A DNA stretch of 64,000 nt from positions 19,379,952 through 19,443,951 of the forward strand of contig NC_052171.1 in the NCBI RefSeq assembly GCF_902713615.1. Reading direction: 5' to 3'. The notes under the pieces are model-generated. The model was not told the DNA's origin. It searched no databases and was given only the letters and a program-made list of their open reading frames with translations. The stretch's first letter is position 1. Every line of letters starts with the position of its first letter. The stretch is from Scyliorhinus canicula (taxonomy: Eukaryota). Shown one piece after another: positions 35,201 to 44,233 of this stretch. Both the position numbers and the translations under genes were made by a program.

Positions 35201-38200
35201 TCACTTTGATTCTGCCTCTGTGAACAGGGTCACAAAGGGGTTGCCGTGTCGGGAGTCAGACACCGTGTCGTCCTGCTCTCCCGGATCCAACACCCTTGTG
35301 TGGATCAGGCATGCTATTTTGGAGTTGTGTGACCGGGGGTCACTCTCGTCATTGCGGACAAGTCTGTAGGAATTGTCCCTGTGCCATTGTGTAGCGTCGA
35401 GTGTGTTGTCGGGGTAGTCGGGGTCGGGTGGTGGTTCTGGATATTTGAGGTAGGTGACTTCCATGGGGTCACTGGAGTCGGGGTCGTAGTTGGTGCAGTG
35501 TGGGCTGTATGGCTGTGTGGTGTCGCTGTCTTCAGAGTCAGTGTCTGTCCTACTGTCTCTGCTGTGGCAGCTTGTGGGCGTGTCGGGGCGTGGTCTGTAG
35601 TGGTCTGTGGGCGGAGTCGTGGGCGAGTCCGTGGATGAACTGGTCTGTGAGGGGGATGGTGGAAAAGTGTCTCTGGTGGGCGGGGTGAAGTGTTCTGCTG
35701 CATCCAGCAGGACATGGTGAGCATGGTTGGCCTGTGTTCCATATGCCTTTAACTGGTTTATATGGAACCACGCGGTCTTTCCATTAGGATACTTTATTCT
35801 GTAAACGGAGGGGCTAATTTTGTCCGAAATTGAGTAGGGACCGGAATATTTTGGAGCCAAAAAACTGCTGGGGTTATAAACAGATAACATTACCTGTTGC
35901 CCAACCTGGAATTCTGTGGTGTGTACGGTCTTATTGAAACAGGCAGTCCGTTGCTGTCGGCGTTTCCCTAGCTGGACTGCGGCTGCGAGCTGTGCAGACC
36001 TCACAGTCTCAACTAGATCTTTAACTGCCTTTTCATGTGTGAGGGCCGTCACTTCGGGGCTTGTCATGTCCAGTCCTAAAAGGAATTCTGTACCTTTCAT
36101 AGGGCGTCCGGTCATGAGTGTGTGTGGTGTGTATCCTGTCGATGTGGAGACAGTGTTCCTTATGAACATAAGTGCAAATGGGAGCACTGAATCCCATGTG
36201 GAATTGTTCTCTTGAACCATTTTCCTAAGGGTAGTTTTTAGGGTCCGATTCATGCGCTCCACAATCCCGCTGGACTGTGGATGATACGCAATATGGAAGT
36301 TCTGTTTGATTCCGAATATTGTCAGGACGTTCCTCATGACCCGTCCTGTAAAGTGAGATCCCTGGTCCGAATCGATACTTCGGGGTAAACCCCATCTCGT
36401 GAAGATGTGGTGGGTCAGGATCTTTGCAGCTGTCTTTGCTGTATTTGTTCGTGAGGGAAATGCCTCTACCCACTTGGTAAAGGTATCTATCACCACCAGA
36501 ACGTATTTATAGCCATTCCGACAAGGGGGCAATGGACCTATAAAGTCGATCTGGAGGTTTGTCCAAGGGCCGTTAACTGGGCGAGTATGCCGAAGTTGTG
36601 CCTTCTTAGAATACCTCTCCGGGTTATTCTGAGCACAAATCAGGCAATTCTCTATGTAGTGCGTTACATCATTCCTGAGATTAGGCCACCAACAGAGTTG
36701 CCTGAGGTGCCTCGTTGTTGCATCAATTCCCTGATGCCCGTGTCCGTCATGGAACAAGGCAATCATCTGATTCCTGTCCTGCTGTGGGACCACATAAAGT
36801 TGGTCCTTAATGATCACACCCTCATGTGTGGTCAGTGCGTGTTTAAAGTGCTCGTAAGCAGGCACAAAGTTTCCCTTGAAAACCTCCCTGAGGTCTCCGT
36901 CCTGTTTCTGTGCTGCCACGAGGTCTTTAATATCAGTCTGTGAGACTTGTACTGCGCTCACAGGGGCGCTAGCTGGTGCGCTAGCTGGGGGGGTCCATAA
37001 GTGTCCTCTCCTGGAACCTGCCTTAGCCAACGCGTCGGCTTTTACATTCCCAGGGGGTGATGACCTATGGTGGCTTCGAACTTTTATAATGCCGAAGGTC
37101 CTGTCCTTCGCTTTCTCTAGGATATGCTGGAGTAAGGGGGCTGATGGAAGGGGTTTTCCGTCTGCGGAGACAAAACCTCGTGTCCTCCACAGGGGCAGAA
37201 AATCTGTCAGGCTATTGCAGACATATAAGCTGTCTGAATATATGTCTGCTGGGCTGGGGAAAGAATCGGGGTGGTCCACTATGTACGCTATGGCTGCTAG
37301 CTCTGCTGCCTGCGCGCCTAAGTGACCTGGTAACTTAAGAGCTATCTCTTCGAGAGCGCGCCCCTGCGCGTCCTCTACATAGATGCCGCATCCTGTGATA
37401 CGCTCACCATTTAAAACTGTGGAGGAACCGTCTACATAAATCCTCAAGGGTCCACACGTGTCTGTGGGCTGGGGGCTTTGTTTTGGGTTCCCTATCTTCC
37501 TGGGGGGTGTTTTGGCTAAAAAGGGTCCTGTGTTATGCAGGGGAGCTACAATTTCACAGTCATGGGGCTGTCCGGGGTATTGGAGGTTGTCTGCTAAGTA
37601 TGTGTGTGTGCGTGTCCGTTTTACAGTAATGTCCCGTCCTTGTAAAAGTAGGGTCCACCTAGCTGCCCTAATCTGGCTAACTGAACCGTCCTTCAGTCGA
37701 CCGTCTAGTAGTAGCTGTGTGGGTGTATGTTCGGTCAGAATAGTAATGGGGTTGAGTCCGGTGATGTATGAGAAATACTGCACTGCCCAGAAGACAGCAA
37801 GGAGGTGCCTCTCACAGGCCGAAAATCCTTGTTCTACTGGGTCTAACAGTCGGGAGGCATAAGCCACTGGTCTTAGCTGCTCGTGCCGTTCCTGAAGCAA
37901 CACGGCCGAGAGGGTCAGATCTGTGCTAGCTACCTCTATTGCGAAAGGGGAAAGTGGGTCGGGGACTAGCAGCGCGGGTGCTGCACTAAGGGCTCGTTTC
38001 AACTCTTCCACAGCGCCTGTATGCTGCGGAAGCCATTCCCAGGGGGCTCCTTTCTTAAGGAGGTCTGAAAGTGGGGCGGCTTTTGTCGCGAATCCGTCTA
38101 TGTGGTTCCGACAATAGCCAACCAGTCCTAAAAACGACCGGAGGGCTGAAACATTCTGGGGAAGGGGCAATTTGACGATCGAATCAATTCTTTTGAATTC

Positions 38201-39427
38201 GATCTCGCGTTTGCCGTGCGTGATGACTGTTCCCAAATACATCACTTTACTTTCCAATATTTGGGCCTTTTTCGGGTTAACTTTACAGCCAATTTCAGTT
38301 AAGAGTTCCAGGAGTTCGGCCAGAAGCGAAATGTGCTCTGCCTTTGTGTCTGTCTGCAGTAGTAGGTCGTCTACATACTGTACCAGACATTCGGGTCGGG
38401 AAAATTTTTCTAATCCACTTGCCAGCTGTCGGTGGAAAATGGAGGGTGAATTGTGGAATCCTTGTGGGAGGCATGTCCACGTGTACTGCTGAGTTTTAAA
38501 AGTGAATGCGAATTTGTATTGGCACGCTTTTGCCAATGGTATTGACCAGAATCCATTACTGATGTCCAATACCGTGAAGTACTTGGCGTTGAGACCCTGT
38601 TTGAGCATGGTCTCGGGACTAGTAGCTACCGTTGGGGCTACTGCGGGGGTTACTTTGTTGAGTTCCCGATAATCGATGGTCAGACGCCATGATCCATCGG
38701 GCTTCCTCACTGGCCAAATAGGGGCATTGTTGGTGGAGGCTACCGTTCTCAGTACACCTTGGTCCAACAAGCTGCCTATAACTTTTTCTATTTCCACCTC
38801 TGCTTCAAGGGGAAATCGGTATTGCTTTTGCGGTCGGGGGTCCTGTCCGGTAACATGAACTTGTCCAGTCATTCTGCCACAGTCATGACGGTGACTTGCA
38901 AATGCTGTCCTGTGTTTGTTTAGTAGGGCCTTAATTTGTCTGTCGGTGTGGAGTGTAGTCAGGTCGAATGAGTACTCTCCCACTGCGCTAATCCGATTAG
39001 CGTAGTCTCCTACTGTGAGGGTGGCTGGGGCTCTGTCTGATCTCGCCATTCGCCAGACACACTGGTTCACTGGGTCGAACGACAAGCTGTGAGCGTTCAT
39101 AAAATCTATCCCCAGGATGTGCTCTGCTGTCCGGGGAAGATTTACTAAAACTACGGGGTGTCTTGTGGAAATGTTCCCTAGCTGGATCGCTACGGGTGCT
39201 GTGATATGTCCCTGCTGCGAGTGTCCGGTGAACCCGCTAAGTGTGATGGTGGAGGTGGTCGGCCACGTGTCTGCGTGTGCCGTGGTTGTGGAGTTAATGG
39301 TGGTGCGGGATCCTCCTGTGTCCCACAGTAACTCTATGGGCTTCCCTTTGACTTTTGCCGTGACTACGGGCCTCCCTGATGAGTCCCATAGTGTGTCACA
39401 GACCCAAGTGGGGGAGCCCGAACACCG
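35201..39427 (-). CDS. pol: Pol (PR-RT-tether-RNase H-IN), 1408 aa, in frame with gag
   Basis: PR LWDTGG...ILGIDF lies upstream of the ORF-track ATG with no intervening stops. RT LPQG/YVDD. Degenerate RH tether. Second RH YVDGSS/AELAA/YSDS/GNVKAD. IN HHCC, D-D-E and GPY motifs. Confidence 0.95.
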   Translation of the reverse strand, partial: RCSGSPTWVCDTLWDSSGRPVVTAKVKGKPIELLWDTGGSRTTINSTTTAHADTWPTTSTITLSGFTGHSQQGHITAPVAIQLGNISTRHPVVLVNLPRTAEHILGIDFMNAHSLSFDPVNQCVWRMARSDRAPATLTVGDYANRISAVGEYSFDLTTLHTDRQIKALLNKHRTAFASHRHDCGRMTGQVHVTGQDPRPQKQYRFPLEAEVEIEKVIGSLLDQGVLRTVASTNNAPIWPVRKPDGSWRLTIDYRELNKVTPAVAPTVATSPETMLKQGLNAKYFTVLDISNGFWSIPLAKACQYKFAFTFKTQQYTWTCLPQGFHNSPSIFHRQLASGLEKFSRPECLVQYVDDLLLQTDTKAEHISLLAELLELLTEIGCKVNPKKAQILESKVMYLGTVITHGKREIEFKRIDSIVKLPLPQNVSALRSFLGLVGYCRNHIDGFATKAAPLSDLLKKGAPWEWLPQHTGAVEELKRALSAAPALLVPDPLSPFAIEVASTDLTLSAVLLQERHEQLRPVAYASRLLDPVEQGFSACERHLLAVFWAVQYFSYITGLNPITILTEHTPTQLLLDGRLKDGSVSQIRAARWTLLLQGRDITVKRTRTHTYLADNLQYPGQPHDCEIVAPLHNTGPFLAKTPPRKIGNPKQSPQPTDTCGPLRIYVDGSSTVLNGERITGCGIYVEDAQGRALEEIALKLPGHLGAQAAELAAIAYIVDHPDSFPSPADIYSDSLYVCNSLTDFLPLWRTRGFVSADGKPLPSAPLLQHILEKAKDRTFGIIKVRSHHRSSPPGNVKADALAKAGSRRGHLWTPPASAPASAPVSAVQVSQTDIKDLVAAQKQDGDLREVFKGNFVPAYEHFKHALTTHEGVIIKDQLYVVPQQDRNQMIALFHDGHGHQGIDATTRHLRQLCWWPNLRNDVTHYIENCLICAQNNPERYSKKAQLRHTRPVNGPWTNLQIDFIGPLPPCRNGYKYVLVVIDTFTKWVEAFPSRTNTAKTAAKILTHHIFTRWGLPRSIDSDQGSHFTGRVMRNVLTIFGIKQNFHIAYHPQSSGIVERMNRTLKTTLRKMVQENNSTWDSVLPFALMFIRNTVSTSTGYTPHTLMTGRPMKGTEFLLGLDMTSPEVTALTHEKAVKDLVETVRSAQLAAAVQLGKRRQQRTACFNKTVHTTEFQVGQQVMLSVYNPSSFLAPKYSGPYSISDKISPSVYRIKYPNGKTAWFHINQLKAYGTQANHAHHVLLDAAEHFTPPTRDTFPPSPSQTSSSTDSPTTPPTDHYRPRPDTPTSCHSRDSRTDTDSEDSDTTQPYSPHCTNYDPDSSDPMEVTYLKYPEPPPDPDYPDNTLDATQWHRDNSYRLVRNDESDPRSHNSKIACLIHTRVLDPGEQDDTVSDSRHGNPFVTLFTEAESK

Positions 39428-41176
39428 TCAGTTCGTCTCGTCCACATTGGTGGGTCCTGACTGTACTGCTACATTGTGGATGGGTTTTGCTTTGTTGCGG
39501 TTCAGAGTGCCTGTCTGCTGGCCTCTCTGAGATCGCTGGGGTGCATTACACTCTTTTGCCCAATGCCCTAACTGTCCACAGTTATAGCATTCCTGTCCTT
39601 TCTGCTGAGGGCTGCTCTTGCCTTCATTTACCCATGCGGGCTTCTGGTGCTCTCTGACTGCTTGGATATCTGCAGCAGTCTGAGCCTCTTCTGGGGATCT
39701 AACTTTTCCTTTTGCCTGAAGCGATTGCTCCCAAGCGCGGGACAATCTTTTGAGGACCCATTTTTCGTTATGGGCCTCTTCTGAGGGGTCATAACTATTG
39801 CAAGCGCTCTGTCCTGCTTCTGTTGCGTGTGAGATAATTGTGCGCGTCCACTTAACCATGTTTTCGCGGGTTAAATGCGCTCTATCTAGCTGTCCGAAAA
39901 CTGCGCTGAAATGAATCCACAGCCTTCCTGCGAATGCTGTGGGGTGTTCGGATCTCTTCTGCCTGCACTTATTCAATCCTTCTACGGGGTCACCTCTATT
40001 GTACCCGATGGCATCTAAAATGGCAGTGTGCATCTCCTCTAGGCTGCCTCCTGCCACGTTCTGTGGGTCGGGGAGGGCTGCCACTACACTCTGGTCTAAG
40101 CTCAGCACGGTGAGCTTAACCTGCTCTCTCTCATCCAGGCCGTACATGGTAGCCTGCTGTTTTACTTTAGCGAAAAACTGGTGGGGGTCTGCGGTGGGGA
40201 GGAACGGAGTGATCTTTTCACAAGCGTCCCTTAGCTGGGTTACTGTTAAAGGGGTGGTGTAAGTTATGTCTGGGGCGCCTTCTGATTCGGCTTTCCTCTG
40301 TGTGGTTACGGGATTCATGGGTGCGGTTATGGTCTGAGCTGTGGGGGGTTGGGGTGCCTGTCGTTTCTGCTGAGCTGCTGGCGCACATGTTCCCTGAACA
40401 TAACGCTGCGCTGTCTCGCTTAATTCCTGCCAATCTGGGGCGTTTTCCCCATCTAACTGAGCTCCAAAGGTGCTTTGGAAGCCATTCTGCACCGAAAGCA
40501 GAGATTGCAGTTCCGCAATCTGTTTCCTGCATTTCGCGTGGTCAACTGTGCTTTGTCTTTGTTCGGTCGTTGCAGCGTGGAGTGCTCTCAAAGCTGCTTT
40601 GAGATCCGAACATTGCCTCTGCAATGCCTCCACCTGCTTTTCCGATTCCTGTCTTATCAGAACGGCACGTTGCACGTCCTGATAGGCTTTCTCATACTGG
40701 GTCTGGGAACTGTTCAGATGAGCTAGACAAGACTGGTGAGCCCTCTTGGCATCATCCACCTCTCTACCCTTCTCTGCCAACTTCCCTTTAAGATCCAGGT
40801 TTTCTTTCTCGATGTCCCTGACATCGACCTTACTCATTCGGTTCCTTTCCTCTAAATCTGCCCGGAGCGTCCTGATGACCTCCTCTGCGCCTCGCAACTG
40901 TGCCAAGCAGGACACAATCGCCATCGGCTTGCGTGCTTTTCCTAAACTCTTTTTGTGTATTTGAGAGAGGTTCTCCCACCAAGTATGACCTATACTCCCG
41001 GGACCTGTCTCCTCATTTGCACAAAACTCTTTCCAAAGGGGCCATCCCTTTCCTTGTAAATATTTGCGGAGTTCCAGCTCCCACGTGGGACACTGGCCTA
41101 CCCTGCTACTGCTGCTGGTCGCTGCGACCACAAACTTTGCTGGATCCATCAGACGTTCCATTGCCTGCATGGCCAT
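39428..41176 (-). CDS. gag: Gag, 582 aa
   Basis: Long heptad-rich N-terminal region, MHR-like QKRSEHPTAFAGRL and CCHC knuckle CYNCGQLGHWAKEC. Confidence 0.92.
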   Translation of the reverse strand: MAMQAMERLMDPAKFVVAATSSSSRVGQCPTWELELRKYLQGKGWPLWKEFCANEETGPGSIGHTWWENLSQIHKKSLGKARKPMAIVSCLAQLRGAEEVIRTLRADLEERNRMSKVDVRDIEKENLDLKGKLAEKGREVDDAKRAHQSCLAHLNSSQTQYEKAYQDVQRAVLIRQESEKQVEALQRQCSDLKAALRALHAATTEQRQSTVDHAKCRKQIAELQSLLSVQNGFQSTFGAQLDGENAPDWQELSETAQRYVQGTCAPAAQQKRQAPQPPTAQTITAPMNPVTTQRKAESEGAPDITYTTPLTVTQLRDACEKITPFLPTADPHQFFAKVKQQATMYGLDEREQVKLTVLSLDQSVVAALPDPQNVAGGSLEEMHTAILDAIGYNRGDPVEGLNKCRQKRSEHPTAFAGRLWIHFSAVFGQLDRAHLTRENMVKWTRTIISHATEAGQSACNSYDPSEEAHNEKWVLKRLSRAWEQSLQAKGKVRSPEEAQTAADIQAVREHQKPAWVNEGKSSPQQKGQECYNCGQLGHWAKECNAPQRSQRGQQTGTLNRNKAKPIHNVAVQSGPTNVDETN

Positions 41177-41471
41177 TTCCTCTGACTCTCTTTTTATAAT
41201 TTGGAACAGGGGGTTGCTGGGGTGGTGTTTCGAGAAACGGGTACGGCTTACGCTATTTTCCGATCACAAAACTACCGAAAGTTTGTCGCAACAAAAAGCT
41301 TTCAGTTTTACCTTACAGCCCTGTTAGTACGCATGCACTAAACACACTTCCGAATTTCGCTTATTATTTTGAACACCTTGAATACTTGTGATCTCTTTCT
41401 TTCTCTGCAATTTGGAGTTCTAATTCAAATTTCAGGGTCCTGGACACTGTGGTGTTTCCACTTACAACAGG

Positions 41472-41490
41472 GTCCCGGCGGATGTCGCCA
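41472..41490 (-). promoter_or_regulatory. Putative primer-binding site TGGCGACATCCGCCGGGAC
   Basis: TGG-initiated, 5 nt downstream of the 5' LTR; cognate tRNA not identified. Confidence 0.55.
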
Positions 41491-41495
41491 CTAAA

Positions 41496-42444
41496 TGTTG
41501 CACGTTTTACTATGGGCGTAAAACGCGTTTATTGGAGTGTATTAACACGCCTCCGAGTTCGACGTGTGCTTAACACTGCTAGGCTCTGTTCTATGTAATT
41601 ATTTAGCTCTGGAGTCGCCAGTTGCCGTATAGGCAACGTCACAAGTATTCCAAGGTCAAGTTCAAAGTAATAAAGACGATACACCGATTAGTAAAGTTCA
41701 AACGATCAATATTTATTATACAGTTAATAATAAATACTCATGCACACACTAAGAGACTAAGCTACAACTAAACATAAGCAAACAGAATACTTATCTAACA
41801 GGAACAGGCAAGGTCAGAGAACGAGGCCTTCGTCCTGGTTTTGTCTGCAGCCTTCAGCAAGCGTTCTGGTACTTGGGAGTCTAGTGGGCTTGGATCGCGT
41901 AGCGAGCGTTGAACTTACGGTTTCGGCGGCTGGTGCTCAACGGCTGGAGTCAGGATGCCAGGTGTCAGTCGGAGCCGGAGCACGGGTTTAACAGACCGGA
42001 CAACACGAGGTCCCTATCTTTTATAGGGGTTCCGTTGTCCTTCCCTCTTCTCGGGCGGGCTCTACCTATTGGATCAATTTCTTATCGATACTGGATTAAT
42101 TCCCCAATGCGAGGGGGTCTCCGTGATGGAGGGGGCGTTTCTTATGTCCTTTTGTTTGGAGGTTTCTGGTGCCTCGATGTCTGGGTCTTGATTGGAATGT
42201 GTCCATTCAGAACCAAATGTATCTATTGTGTGGGTGTTCAAGTCTGATGGCCTCATTAGCATGCAAAGCGTTTTGCCATTTGCACCTAGCTAAGGTCTTT
42301 TCACCTGAGCCCAAACTGGTTTCTGCTGCTGCAGAATGCAAACTGCTCTTTGCAGACTGCTGTTCTGGCTAAACTGTCTGTTTCCCAGCAGCCTTCCATT
42401 TTAGTTTGGCTCAGTGTCCATTTTGCGTGGCCAGCATGGCTACA
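41496..42444 (-). repeat. 5' LTR
   Basis: TATAAAA 42019-42025, splice donor GTAAGT at 41918, AATAAA 41712-41717. Confidence 0.95.
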
Positions 42445-42676
42445 GTATGGAGTTTGCACATTCTCACCGTGTTTTTTTTAATTGAGCCGAAATTTGTGGC
42501 TCAGCGTTCTGACACGATATGGTTGGACTGTCTGTCAAAATTTCCAGAGGAATTAAATAGGGCTAGTCATTTAACTAAAGAGCATTTAAAAATTGTCACA
42601 GCATGTGATGAAAAAGAGGTCTTGTACATCATCGGACCAGGTGACCATGGCAATATTTTGATATATTTGGTATATC

Positions 42677-43007
42677 GGTAGCATGGTGGTTAGCATAAAT
42701 GCTTCACAGCTCCAGGGTCCCAGGTTCGGTTCCCGGCTGGGTCACTGTCTGTGCGGAGTCTGCACGTCCTCCCCGTGTGTGCGTGGGTTTCCTCCGGGTG
42801 CTCCGGTTTCCTCCCACAGTCCAAAGATGTGCGGGTTAGGTGGATTGGCCATGCTAAATTGCCCTTAGTGTCCTAAAAAGTAAGGTTAAGGGGGTTGTTG
42901 GGTTATGGGTATAGGGTGGATACGTGGGTTTGAGTAGGGTGATCATTGCTCGGCACAACATCGAGGGCCGAAGGGCCTGTTCTGTGCTGTACTGTTCTAT
43001 GTTCTAT
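42677..43007 (+). mobile_element. HE1/V-SINE-type SINE
   Basis: Head, V core and (TGTTCTA)n tail. Confidence 0.9.
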
Positions 43008-44016
43008 ATTATGCTGAGACCATCTGCTCTTTTTATTCTGTCATTGTTGGGAGACACCGACCTCAATGGAGACGGGCAGGTTGAAACATAAACCATTTAT
43101 TGTTAATCCAGAATTATGTACACATCCCAGGTACGGGCAGTAAGGGTGCTGTGTACGCTCAGTCTCCACAGTCTACTGCCATGTAACTCTCTGTATCATA
43201 CCGTGGCTGGTACTGTTCACCAATCCCGCAGTAACCCTTTGCCAACAACCCCCTCATCCAATCTCCAAACCGCTCACTGAACGGGGCCCACCTCAATGTC
43301 AGATCTATCAGATGTGGAGCGGGGTCCAAGATAACGATCGTGGAGTATTCTGCTTTCCTCACCCCAGGAAGAAGAGATCTCCACGCCATGAAGAGGACAG
43401 TGAATGTTGGTTTTTAAAACTATTCTCTGTGTCATTAAGGGACAGCAGCATTGTTATTGGTGTTTAAGGCAATCAGCAGAGCAAGGGTTGGTGATCCAAG
43501 GTATGACGTGGAGAGTTACATGGCAGCAGACTGTGGAGACAGCAACAGTACTGTCCGTACCTGGGATCTGTGTATGGTTCTGGATTAACTATAAATGGTT
43601 TATGTTTAAACCTTCACATCTCCAAAGGAAGGAACACATAGGGACAACATGTCCAGGTACAGCGTGAATGCTTCCCATCAATTTCTCCTCCGGCCGACTT
43701 GGCTTCAATTCCTTTCCCTCTCCTTGTCCTCTCCGTGTGGTTCTGGATTCTGATCAGTGAATCATTCTTTATCCTTGAAGGCTTTCAGCACTCAACCTCC
43801 CAAAGACCAATGGGTCGCCTATCCACATGGACAAATTCAGACATTCTCACACCCACTCTCTCTGCAATGTGCCCTCACACACACACTCTCTCTCTCTCTC
43901 TGTCACACTCTTTTATATTCTCAATTCGACTCTCTTGTCTGCACACTGGCACACACACAAACATTTCTTGTTGAAATGATGGATGAGATTTGAGAATTGA
44001 ACCACTGTGAGATATC

Positions 44017-44022
44017 TTTACT
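44017..44022 (-). terminator. Variant polyadenylation signal AGTAAA of gene B (gene C: 59305-59310)
   Basis: Aligns with AATAAA of gene A in the conserved 3' UTR context. Confidence 0.5.
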
Positions 44023-44103
44023 GTGATATACATGTTTGATGGAGAAAGAGAGCTCCCCCATTCTCCCTTTGTACTTTGATCTGCCGTGATTATGATGCTT
44101 TTC

Positions 44104-44233
44104 TTATTTCCCAACACTGTGATGCACCCCACATTCGATGGAAGAATCATTCCTCAGATGGACTCTGTAGCGACAGCTCTGACGGTCAAAGAATGCGATA
44201 CAGTCATCTGAGTAACCAGATGGTATGCCGTAC
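44104..44233 (-). CDS. msmb: MSMB-like gene B exon 4
   Basis: GGCAG| acceptor; YGIPSGYSDDC...GK*. Confidence 0.93.

Larger units (their letters stand above)
32633..42444 (-). mobile_element. Full-length retrovirus-like LTR element (endogenous retrovirus-like, no canonical env)
   Basis: Two 949-bp TG...CA LTRs, TSD GTAT (32629-32632 and 42445-42448), PBS-like site, PPT, and open gag and pol. Confidence 0.95.
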
